Shown here: positions 1-9,900 of the stretch, in pieces
Position numbering within the stretch: the first letter of the stretch is position 1
Layout: the number at the start of each line of letters is the position of its first letter
Source: Zygophlyctis sp. KS116
Lineage: Eukaryota > Fungi > Chytridiomycota
Length of the DNA: 32,000 nt
NCBI GenBank assembly: GCA_054661495.1
Contig: BAAFSQ010000094.1
Location: forward strand, 3,053-35,052
Direction of reading: 5' to 3'
Position numbers and translations under genes: made by a program
The notes under the pieces: model-generated
Told to the model about the DNA's origin: nothing
Seen by the model: only the letters and a program-made list of their open reading frames with translations
The model's database searches: none

Positions 1-19
1 TCAGTCACTTCCTTTAGCT

Positions 20-775
20 ATGAATTCTTCAGATTCAAAATTTCAAGAAGATAAGTTTTCATTTCCATTAAAGCAATCAAGAAAAACTGATTTTCCAGAA
101 CCAAGCCCACTATCGCCTCTAAAAAGTAGAGTAGAAAATAGACCGCATGTTGATCTAGAATCTTATAAACAACTCAAAACTGCAGTATTTCAAATGTACA
201 ACAACTCAGAAGCAGAATCCATCTCATATGAAGACAAGTGTAAATTGATGGCGCTGTCAGCTTCCCATGGCGATCTTAAAACTATACAATTTATGATTGA
301 AAAATGCAACACCCATCCAGGTATCAAGAACAATATTGCCATTATTGAAGCCGCAAAAGCTGGAAAATTCCAAGTTGTAGATTACTTGATGAAAAATCCC
401 AAAGTAAATCCAGTAGATCAAAAGCATTACGCCATGAAAATGTCTGTCCAGCAAGGCCACTTACAAGTTCTAAAACGATTGTTGGAGTATCCTAAAATGG
501 ATCCATCCTTTGACAACAATTATGCTATCCGAACTGCATCAATCAATGGATTTACTGAAATTGTCCTACACCTTTTGTTAGATAGAAGAGTTGACCCAAC
601 AGTAAAAGATTTCTATGCAATCCGACATGCTGCTAAAAATAGTCATATGGACATTGTACAAATACTTTTAGCTGATCCTCGTGTTAAAAAAACCAGGGTC
701 ATGATAGCAGCAAACCGAAATAAGAAAGCATTTGCAAACCTTATTTGGATATTAAAAAAAGAGATTTATCATTAG
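20..775 (+). CDS. Ankyrin-repeat protein (251 aa, no intron needed)
   Basis: Several ~34-aa repeats of the type 'DPSFDNNYAIRTASINGFTEIVLHLLLDRRVDPT' and 'AIRHAAKNSHMDIVQILLADPRV', after a low-complexity N-terminus. Confidence 0.88.
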   Translation: MNSSDSKFQEDKFSFPLKQSRKTDFPEPSPLSPLKSRVENRPHVDLESYKQLKTAVFQMYNNSEAESISYEDKCKLMALSASHGDLKTIQFMIEKCNTHPGIKNNIAIIEAAKAGKFQVVDYLMKNPKVNPVDQKHYAMKMSVQQGHLQVLKRLLEYPKMDPSFDNNYAIRTASINGFTEIVLHLLLDRRVDPTVKDFYAIRHAAKNSHMDIVQILLADPRVKKTRVMIAANRNKKAFANLIWILKKEIYH

Positions 776-865
776 AATAAATTACACAAGTTTTTACATT
801 TACAAATTTAAGATGAAATTTTTATTAGTAGTACTTATACAGACAATGTCTAGGCTGCATCCAAA

Positions 866-1438
866 ATGGAAAAAAGCTTTCAAGAATTCAATATTGAAGC
901 TGATGATTTTAGGATCGATACTGCACTTTTATCACCTTTTCTTACGTTTGAAAGTAAGCCTTTACCAACTCTATGTCCATTAACTCCATCTCTTATTCCT
1001 ACAACTTTTACTGATCATGGTAAAAGTTGTCTTGGAAATGCTCTAGGATCTGCAATGATTAGTCCTGCTATAACTCCCATTCTTGGCCCTCTAACTCCCG
1101 GACAATTACTTTCTTTTCATGCATCTGAAACCACTCCTGCCAATATTAAATCTAAATTTTATTCATTATTTCCAAATTACAAAAAGACTGGAAATTCAAA
1201 GACTCCTAGTATAGAAAAATCAGACTCTAACAAATTATCTCATAAAGAAGCTGAACAAAGGAGAAGAGATGAATTCAAGGATAAATTAGCGAGTTTAAAG
1301 ACTGTCTTAAAATTTAAAAAACATGCAACTAAAGTTCAGATTGTTGAAATGGCAAGAGAGACTATAGTTGAACAACGGGAAAATATTAGAGAGTTGGAAG
1401 AAATGGTTAAAGTTTTATTAGCTGAACGGGGTATTTAG
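866..1438 (+). CDS. bHLH(-ZIP) transcription factor, Myc/Max-superfamily-like
   Basis: C-terminal basic region 'SHKEAEQRRRDEFKDKLASLK', loop/helix 2 'ATKVQIVEMARETI', then a heptad zipper; S/T-P-rich N-half. A small upstream exon from ATG 813 is possible (see findings). Confidence 0.85.
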   Translation: MEKSFQEFNIEADDFRIDTALLSPFLTFESKPLPTLCPLTPSLIPTTFTDHGKSCLGNALGSAMISPAITPILGPLTPGQLLSFHASETTPANIKSKFYSLFPNYKKTGNSKTPSIEKSDSNKLSHKEAEQRRRDEFKDKLASLKTVLKFKKHATKVQIVEMARETIVEQRENIRELEEMVKVLLAERGI

Positions 1439-1606
1439 AAGGATTTATACATTAAAGTTGTTTTAGATTGTTTGTCATGAATTTCTAAAGCTTTTTATTT
1501 TACTATAGTTTCTTAATTTACCAATGTTGACTCTTGAACTGCAGTCTAGGCAATAACACTTATAAGCCTATAAAGACAGAGAAACCTAGTCAGACTCTGG
1601 TAAAAA

Positions 1607-2230
1607 ATGAAGGTTCATCCGTCAGTCATTCAAAGAAGAAAATGGAGCAAGTTTGGCGATTGTGCTGGATTAGAAGCAGGACCAGATGCAAACTCTACTT
1701 CTTTTGCTGAAACTGTTTTCATGCAATGGATCACATCAAATAATACACAAGCAGAAGAACAAGAATCTCAAAAAGTTTCGGTTTCCATTCTATGTCGGAT
1801 TTGTAAAGGAAATCATTTTTCTTCAAAATGCCCATACAAGGATACTTATGCTCCATTAGATGTCATACAATCTACTATTGATAATGTCAAGGAAGGTAAC
1901 GATTCATCTGTCGGTGGGAAATATGTTCCTCCTTCTCTAAGATCCCGTGGTCCAGGTGAAAGTATGCCAACTAGAGAACAACTTCCTACTATTCGCATTA
2001 CAAATTTATCTGAAGAAGCTACTGAAATGGATGTTCGTCAATTAGTATCTAGATTTGGTCATCCATCTAGAGTATTTGTTGCTAGAGATAGAGATTTAAA
2101 TATTTGCAAAGGATTTGCATTTGTAAGTTATCCTTCTAGGGAAATGGCTGCTAAAACTTTAAATGCATTAAATGGATATGGTTTTGATAATTTGATTCTA
2201 AAAGTTGAATGGTCAATAAAGGAAAATTAA
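1607..2230 (+). CDS. TIF35: Translation initiation factor 3 subunit G (eIF3g/Tif35), apparently lacking about 40 N-terminal residues
   Basis: 'KVHPSVIQRRKWSKFG', zinc knuckle 'CRICKGNHFSSKCPYKD', 'GKYVPPSLR', and a C-terminal RRM with 'KGFAFVSY' and 'LNGYGFDNLILKVEWS'. Confidence 0.93.
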   Translation: MKVHPSVIQRRKWSKFGDCAGLEAGPDANSTSFAETVFMQWITSNNTQAEEQESQKVSVSILCRICKGNHFSSKCPYKDTYAPLDVIQSTIDNVKEGNDSSVGGKYVPPSLRSRGPGESMPTREQLPTIRITNLSEEATEMDVRQLVSRFGHPSRVFVARDRDLNICKGFAFVSYPSREMAAKTLNALNGYGFDNLILKVEWSIKEN

Positions 2231-2856
2231 TGTTTTTTAAATACTAGAATGAGATTTGCTAATGTAGATTTTAAACTTGATGGAATTACATGTAATTTTG
2301 AATCTAAATCACTCTTTACATTTTCTAAATTTCCATTAGAGTCTTTTATAATTTTATTTGGAATCCATCTAGAATATTTAGATTTTCCTTGCCTTATTAG
2401 AAAGCATAAGTTTTCTAAATTTTGTCTAATGTATTCAACAGATAAATTATTAGATTTTATACTAGATTCTAGATTTATCGTAAATGCAGCAGATTTTGAA
2501 AATGTAAATCCATGAATTAGACCCCAATGAGCACAATTTCCAGAATTATTAAAAGGAAAATGGTTCTTGTCCGAATCATAGGCTATTCCAATCATATTTC
2601 CTAGAGACAAATGGCACACAATATTAAAATCATTAAAAGGTTCTAAAACCGTTTCAAGTCCATGAGAATTAGCAAATTGACATAGATCTTTAGCATAGAA
2701 TAATTCTCCAGAAATTGTTATTCCAGACTCTTTTCCCTTGCAAATCCATTCTTCTAAAGTGTAAATTCCATTATACGCCAACATTACAAATCCGCAAGTG
2801 GGGCCGACTTGTAGAATAGGATTTCCTAGATTCATAATGAGTGTCGGCTCATGCAT
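2227..2856 (-). CDS. ACTMAP: Actin maturation protease-like (ACTMAP/C19orf54/UPF0692) cysteine protease
   Basis: 'PILQVGPTCGFVML' resembles the family motif Q-x-GP-x-CG-L-VAL with the catalytic Cys. Also 'YDSDKNHFP', 'AHWGLIHG' (catalytic His) and 'RQGKS'. Recognised from memory of the family, not from a search. Confidence 0.8.
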   Translation of the reverse strand: MHEPTLIMNLGNPILQVGPTCGFVMLAYNGIYTLEEWICKGKESGITISGELFYAKDLCQFANSHGLETVLEPFNDFNIVCHLSLGNMIGIAYDSDKNHFPFNNSGNCAHWGLIHGFTFSKSAAFTINLESSIKSNNLSVEYIRQNLENLCFLIRQGKSKYSRWIPNKIIKDSNGNLENVKSDLDSKLHVIPSSLKSTLANLILVFKKH

Positions 2857-2866
2857 CTAGATATTC

Positions 2867-2895
2867 ACAGACGGCAGACACTACAGACGGCAGAC
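2867..2895. repeat. 13-bp direct repeat ACAGACGGCAGAC x2 in the ACTMAP/EFM7 divergent intergenic region
   Basis: Exact copies at 2867-2879 and 2883-2895, containing four CAGAC units in total. Confidence 0.85.
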
Positions 2896-2957
2896 TGCAA
2901 GTTTCAAGGAGAAGGGTGGGCCATCAGTCTGAAACTTGTTTGAAAAGATCAAGAGAA

Positions 2958-3689
2958 ATGATTGGAGAAATGGATAATGATTTCATATCAATGTTTGAAG
3001 AACCAAAAGACTTTCGGCCTCCATCTCCCCAACCACAATTATTGACTTTTGACTTAAAATCAAGAAAGATCAATCTAAAACTAGTTGGGAAAAAACATTC
3101 TCTTTGGGGTCATAGGCTATGGAATGCAGGCAAGGCAATGGCATTATATTTGGAAAATGAGAATTTGGAAAATCTTAATGTTTTGGAATTTGGGGCTGCA
3201 TCAGGACTTCCGTCAATGTCTGTTGCATTTAAAGGTGCAAATCATGTTGTATTGACTGATTATCCTGATCCAGAATTACTAAATGCATTAAATGATACTG
3301 TTAATCTTAATCAAGATAATATTAATTCAAATGTATCGGTTGTTGGATTTCAATGGGGTCAAGATGTTTCACAACTTTTGGAAATCACATTTCCTAAAAA
3401 ATATGATTTAATACTCATGGCAGACTTGATATTTAATCATAAAGAACATGATCATTTATTAGAAAGTTGCACTCTATTACTCTCTCCAAAAGGAAAAATT
3501 TTAGTTACATTTAGTCATCATGTTGTGAAATGGGCTGATCGAGACATGAAATTCTTTGATAAGGCGGTAGAATGGGGATTTACAGTGGAAAAATTAAAAT
3601 CAGAAGTTTGGGACTGTATGTTTCCTGATGATCAAGGTGATGAATTAGTTAGGAAAACTGTTCATTTCTATGAATTACAATATCAATAA
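2958..3689 (+). CDS. EFM7: Protein N-terminal/lysine methyltransferase EFM7 (NNT1), acts on eEF1A
   Basis: 'HSLWGHRLWNAG', SAM motif 'VLEFGAASGLPS', 'LTDYPD', 'LMADLIFNH'. First ATG is at 2958 (alternative 2970). The ORF-track start at 2841 is a GTG and overlaps ACTMAP. Confidence 0.9.
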   Translation: MIGEMDNDFISMFEEPKDFRPPSPQPQLLTFDLKSRKINLKLVGKKHSLWGHRLWNAGKAMALYLENENLENLNVLEFGAASGLPSMSVAFKGANHVVLTDYPDPELLNALNDTVNLNQDNINSNVSVVGFQWGQDVSQLLEITFPKKYDLILMADLIFNHKEHDHLLESCTLLLSPKGKILVTFSHHVVKWADRDMKFFDKAVEWGFTVEKLKSEVWDCMFPDDQGDELVRKTVHFYELQYQ

Positions 3690-3738
3690 TAATATTTCTA
3701 TTAGTGGGTCAATATTTGTCCGAACAGCCTAAAGCTCT

Positions 3739-3749
3739 TTTCGCGTGTT
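3739..3749 (+). promoter_or_regulatory. TTTCGCGTGTT, E2F/SBF(SCB)-like element
   Basis: Contains the reverse complement of CGCGAAA and ends 10 nt before ATG 3760. The identical 11-mer precedes RIC1. Confidence 0.45.
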
Positions 3750-3759
3750 TAAGTGATAC

Positions 3760-5303
3760 ATGTCCAAAACTAGATTAATAAAAAGTCCCAATGATCATCA
3801 AGTGTATTGGCCTTATGCGCAATTACAACTAGATAAAATTCCCATTATCGATAAAAGATTAACCGACTGGAAAGAGTTGACTGATGTACGAACGCCAAGT
3901 TTAATTCTTTTAGGATATCTTTGAGTTTATCAATGCATTGCATTACAGAGAATCACAAATTCTAAAGGAATTTGGAAGATTCAAAAGTTCTCTAGAAACG
4001 CAAAACTCTTCAAACTCAATGTCTACGCTCTGGTTACAGGTAGCACAGGCTAATCAAAAAGATCATGCATCTTGGGTTAGTATTTTAAATGTTCTCGTAC
4101 AGGATATTAGTAAAATTAGAAATGAAATTAAAAAGAGATTAAAGGTAACTGATTATTATGTTAAATTACAAGAATTATGTAAATGATACCAATAGGTGGA
4201 CAAGTGTCATCAAAAAAGATCGTGATTCAATTATATCATTGATAAAGAAACAAAAAACCGGTGTCAATTCTGCTAATGCATTGGATTCTGATCCATGGCT
4301 ATCTCAACGAGAAATGACTAATCAATTATTGGATATGACATCAAAGGAAAATCAATTCCAAAAACGAATAGTTTTTGTTTTTGAAGATATGACTAAATTT
4401 GATCAGTATTTGATGGTTGAAACTCAAAGAATTTATGAAAAGTATTTGACGGAACAAGGACTTCATTTTTCAAGAGTTTTGGTATTTATTAAATCTAATG
4501 ATTTAGAGTCATCGACCAACCACCATATCATTGATATCTTCTTCTTTTGAACATTTTGCAGAATGCAATAATTTATTTGATGATTCATTATGGGCTATTA
4601 ATCGGGATTTAGAACAATTTTCTTTTAAAGTACCTGAAATGAAAATAATTAGATGTGGATTTTTGTATAGACCAGGATTTCTATGTAAATGGCAAAAATC
4701 TTACTTTACATTAACTGACTCTGGATGGCTTCATTGTTTTGATGGATCTTTCCCAAAAAACACTGATCAGTTTGAAATAAATGATAAAGAAAATCAGTCA
4801 AGTACCTTTAATGAATTTCACAATTTTGATTCAAAATTATCATTGCATTACAGGTAAGTTTGTGTATTTTGATAAATGCCAGTATAAATCTAAATCAGCC
4901 AAGAGTTTCAGTTGAAATGGGTTCTAAACCTCAAGAACATGTTTTTGAACTTGTAATTGCTCCTATTCCTAGAAAATCAAAATCATTATTTTGGACAAGA
5001 GAACCATCTGAACAAAAATGGATTATCAAAGCAGAAACTGAAGAAAAAATGGTTGATTGGATCGTGGATTTGAAGAATAAGATTATTTCTTATATCCCAA
5101 ATAAGCCTCCATCACCATTGTTTAAATCTGTTACATGTCTGGAAGCGAATATACAGAGTAGAGTAGGTGATTCTGCACTCGTAGATAATGACAACGAGAA
5201 TCATGATGATTGTAGAGAATCAGTTAAACTCATGGCATACGAAGGGAAAAATAGCAGCGATGAGACATTAGATGTAGATAATAAAGTATCAAGTGTTTAT
5301 TGA
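3760..5303 (+). CDS. Coiled-coil (BAR-like) + PH domain protein, Slm1-like; 5 exons, 477 aa
   Basis: Removing introns 3886-3913, 4145-4172, 4482-4506 and 4854-4882 joins four ORF-track fragments in frame. PH signature 'IRCGFLYRPG..KWQKSYFTLTDSGWLHCF' ... 'KWIIKAETEEKMVDWIVDL'; N-terminal 'RLTDWKEL' and 'DPWL' are Slm1-like. Confidence 0.8.
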
Positions 5304-5371
5304 ATTTTGGTTTCGGACAACGTACGCTTGGTTGATGACGTCGCACCAATAGGAAATTAATCATTATTGAT

Positions 5372-6942
5372 ATGCCTCCAAAGAAGGGTAAAAAGGATAA
5401 AGGAGCTAAATCTGATCTATCTTCGCTAAAGAATGATGAGGCTAAAATGAAGGCGATTGAAGAAGCTAAAGCCGCAGCTAAAGTACTTAAGTTTTCTAAT
5501 CATAGCAAAAACAATTGATCGAAGACAAAAATACTCATTTAAATACTCTTAAAATTCAAAATAAATGGAAGGAAATTATGAAATCTGAAAAATCAGCAAC
5601 TCTAGCCAGAGATATTGATATCTTGCGTCAGACTTTTATTCGCCAATTGGATCAAAAAAATAACTCCTTGTCAAGTCTGGAAAAAGGAGTTGCTGAATCA
5701 GAGGATCAATTAGTAACAGCAATCAAATTGCATCTTACAAATATGGATACACTAATTGATCTGCAAGCAAGAAGAATTAATTCTTTACAGGGACAATATG
5801 AAGATGATCTAGCCAGTTTAAATACAGAATTTAGTCAAGAAAAGTAAGATATAATCTTTTAACAATAAAGGATAATGCTCTTATCTCAACAAGCAAAGGA
5901 AAAGGCAGATATATTGGGAATTATGGCTCGAATGGAAATGGATTTCCAGGAAACAGAGGCAGATGCAAAACATGAATATTCTAGTTTAAAATATGATGCT
6001 AAAAACAAGGTAGATTTTTAATTATTCATATTTTTTAGAATATTGAAGAGAAACATGCTCTACGAATTCAGTTGGAAAGTACAGTTGAAGATCTATGGCG
6101 TCAATTTCAGCTGGCTTTAACTCAATATACGTCTTCAACAGATGAAAGAAAACGTCAATTTGAGGAATTGAAACAAAGGGATACAAAAAATGCAAAAGAA
6201 ATCGAGCATCAAATGAAAAGACTCGTAAAATTACAGGAAAATATCGCACATCTTAAAGCAAAATTAAGTAATAGTTCAAAAGATAGCGAAGAACGCAGTC
6301 ATTCTTTAAAAGAAGAAAAAGAAGCAATTCAAGTTCACTTCCAAAATCTTAAGCATAAGATGAATACATTTAGGGAAGAAGAAAAAAGGAAATTGACTAG
6401 CATGACTGTCTTGTCGAATAGCGTAATCAAACAGCTCGCATCAAAGGTTGAAAAAGCAGAACAGATTTTGAAGTTATCAGAAATGAATAGAAAGCTGGAA
6501 ACAGAACCAGAAAAAGTTCTACTATTTAATGTAGGATCTGAAAAGGATCAAGCGGTTGATGAGGTAGTTTTTACAATATTTATTTTAAGGCAGCAAAACG
6601 ATTGTTGGAAGAATTAAATTTGCCGCAGGAATATGAAGCCATGGAACAATTTTACAAGAGATTCAACAAAGTTATGCTGGACAAACTGGCTTTGGAAAAG
6701 CAAAAGCGGCAACTTCATGAAGAAAATGAGCATTTACGTAATATTCTGAAGCAGTATTTGGAAGGTATTAGTCTGACGGATAACGTTCTCTCCGAACCAA
6801 ATCCATTAGTCATTGTTAACGGTACTTTATTGAAAATTTATTCTTAGGCAATACGAACGCTCCCATTCACAAAAAGTCAGATCAGCTCAATGTTACTTAT
6901 GTAGAGGCTGCTCATCAAGTCAATAGAATCAATGCATTTTAA
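5372..6942 (+). CDS. CCDC65: Dynein regulatory complex subunit 2 (DRC2/CCDC65); 6 exons, 479 aa
   Basis: Introns 5483-5505, 5844-5870, 6010-6038, 6564-6589, 6822-6847. Motifs 'MPPKKGKK', 'KIQNKWKEIMK', 'NIEEKHALRIQLE', 'EMNRKLETEPEKVL', 'FYKRFNKVMLDKLAL', 'LKQYLEGIS'. Confidence 0.9.
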
Positions 6943-6996
6943 TGGCTAATGTTCAGTAGAGAAGAGAGATTTCAGATGAATTTCTTTAATAAATAA

Positions 6997-9900
6997 TTAT
7001 TTTTCTAGTAGAAAAGCAATGTTTGAAATGATCCAAGATGGTTTTTCTTCTATAGAGCACGTAACTAAAAGGTTAGCTATCAGTGACTCTCGTTCAGTAT
7101 TTGAATAAAGCGGAACCACAAGGCGGTCCTCCGTAAAGGAGTCAAACTTCTCCTTCTCATCAGATAACTAAAAACATACCCTCTGTATCCAAGATACATA
7201 TAAAACAGGGCATATCTGGTATATTGCATCTTGCGATTCAACTGCGCGCAATCTTGCCCCGTCAAACTTACAACCTTGTAATAGCAGGCCATCTATTTTG
7301 AGAACCAAAGAACGATGGGATAATTCTGAAATATTCCAAGTAGAAAATAGGATCAGGTTCTCCAGGCAAGAATTCGCTACGATGAGTTATATATTTAGCT
7401 TACTTTCCCGAGAAACCTTTTGACGTAAAGCATTTAAAAGAGTTCGGGGACGGAATAAAGATGATAAGGCCAAAGGAGAGTCAAAAATGGAAGCTTTGCT
7501 CCTATGTTCTAAAATTAAACGATATCTCCTAGAAACACTGTTTAAATAGTCATAAGGATTGTTAGGTCCCTCCCAGATATCTTGCCATTCGTCAGGAGCA
7601 TTACCATACCATAAAGAACGAGAAACCCGTAATATTTGATTAGTTAAAAGGGATGTTCCTTTTAGAACCGAACTAACTGAGTGAAAAAACCAATGGATTT
7701 TAGTTATTAAATCTTGGGCGAATTCAAGTTCCTAATTTTAGTTTTTCATCTCCTTACTAAATCAAAAAATAATTTCAGTGGATCATTATCAATCTGGATT
7801 TGTCTTTTACTAATGGAAGATATAGAAAGTTCTTCTGCGACCTATTCAGATTAGTAACCACATGCATGCCTTCGTCCAAAAATTGATGAGAGGTTGGATT
7901 TCATTTATCCAATCAATTATACGAACTGACTTTTGATTTTCTGCCGATTCTTTTGTCTGTCATTTTGAAAAAAAATTAACATACCAAAATCTTTAAAGAT
8001 TTAATAATTTTTGCGGTAATCGTTTCCTGCATCATGCAATCAGCATTCGCCGGGAGTCCTAAAATTTGTAAATCATCTTTTTCAGGTAGAAGCTTTATCA
8101 AAGCAATGAATGCAGATCGATCATTTACGTTAGGAAGTTCAATTGTCTTATTGAACCTTATTTTGGGAGGTGTATCATTTACTCGATAATAATCATTTTT
8201 GAAATACATCTCCAAAAACGTTTTTAGGCAAATATAATCCTGGGCGATATCAATTCTTCCTCCGTAAATTGCTTCGTGAATAAGTCCACGAAGAACCTCC
8301 CATGACGGGCCAGATTTAGACACTTTGAACATATCAGTAATTAGTTCTGCTGTTGATTTTAAATCAGCAAAAGAAAACTCATAAAACTTCACCCAACCTT
8401 GAGGAAGATAGTTTCTTCGCTCTTGAACTATAGAATGGAACCAAGCTAGGCCAAAAAGAAGCTGCGATCTAAAGAGATTTCCAGATTTGATGTAATCACT
8501 ACTCCAATTTTCGTAAGTTCTCTCAAGATTCTTCTTGATTCCAGGAGGAGACTGGACTGTAATCTTTACACATTTACTAAGTAGGGAAGCAGGAAATTTG
8601 GGATGTTCTTCAGTAGTGATCCACAATCTAAAATTTTTATGAAAGTTCAGGCGACCTAGCTCGGCCTCAAATTTGGGGATCCAGGTAATAACCAAATGTA
8701 AATTCTGAAGAAACAGCCATGCTCCATTCTCAGCGCATTCTTTTAATAAATCAATTGCCTTTTCACACTGGCCTTGACCCATGGTTATCTCATGATAGTT
8801 TTTATCTCCAATCGTAGACCTCGCAAGCTCTTTGATCTCTAGGGAAGGATCAACCCCGGGAGTGACAATGAAAAGAGTAAAATCAATCGCGATACTATCC
8901 TTGAACAGCTCAGAGTAACTAAGTTGAGGTGCTAGCGAGGTAATTCCTAAGAGCTCCGAAGATACATGAGAAATCGCAGCAATAAGTCTATCTGGCCTTA
9001 AACACTGAATTATTAGAATTTTTTGGAAAGGATTAATTTTGACATCACCCCATGATATCTCGCAATTGCGGCTCGTCATCCAGCTATTCCAGAATCCTGA
9101 ATCATCTAAATTCATTGAATTCTGAAGAGAAGGAATCCGTGACAAAAGCTGTTTGAGGGATGTCATACAGCTACTTGGTACCCATGCAGGTATTTTTGCT
9201 GAAGAGTCAGTATCGAATGAATTCAACCCAAGGAAGGTGTCCCATTCATTTTCATTGAACAATTCCTTAAAATCTGAACGAATCATGCTTAAAGCCAATT
9301 TGGGGCGATCTACATTCAGGAGAGATCGTGAATAATAACCATACATATTACCTAGAACTGAATTTCTCATCACTTTCAAACGAGTAGCTGAATCTGCATC
9401 TGCAGCAGAATTCAAAGTATTTGCGCTTATGATTGATTTTTTAAATACCTGCATAAAAGAACTGAGGCGAAACTGATACATATGATTGATTTTTGAGAAG
9501 TTCGTTATTGAAAAGAAAATATTACTTCCTGAAGCGGCCACAGATAAGAATTTGTTCCGTTCTGAATCAAGGGCAGCTTGAAGAGCGGAAGATTCTTCTA
9601 AACTGCTTTTGATACTCTCGCTTTTAGCCTTTGTTTCATTCAAAGAATGCACTAATGCTTGATTTTCCAATATATTTCCAACGGAATTGGCAAGTTCATG
9701 AAGAAGCGAATCCTCTAAGTTCCCAAGAGCATGATTTAAATCATCTTCTTTCTTGATCAGTATAACTCTATCATTTTCTAACTGAGGATTTTCTATTGAG
9801 ATAATTAGATCCAACAGCTGAGAAGACAAGCCGGCCTTCGTCACTGTAAAATTTATCTCGGGCATCAAATCCTGCAATTCTGCTGGAAGTGCGAAAAGGT

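Noticed and set aside
20-775. Ankyrin gene as a sign of giant-virus or bacterial insertion
   Set aside because: There are no viral hallmark genes, integrase or terminal repeats nearby, and this repeat style is common in chytrid-type genomes.
2040-2870. Cluster of TCTAGA palindromes
   Set aside because: Explained by preferred TCT-AGA / CTA-GAx codon pairs in AT-rich coding sequence. Spacing is irregular, so it is not an array.
2841-2957. N-terminal extension of EFM7 in the ORF track
   Set aside because: It starts at GTG, overlaps the ACTMAP start and the promoter repeat, and shows no family similarity.
5310-5321. X-box-like GTTTCGGACAAC before DRC2, and a weaker palindrome just before the DYNC2H1 ATG (~20064-20078)
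   Set aside because: Both have mismatches or wrong spacing relative to the consensus, and RFX control of cilia is not established in fungi.
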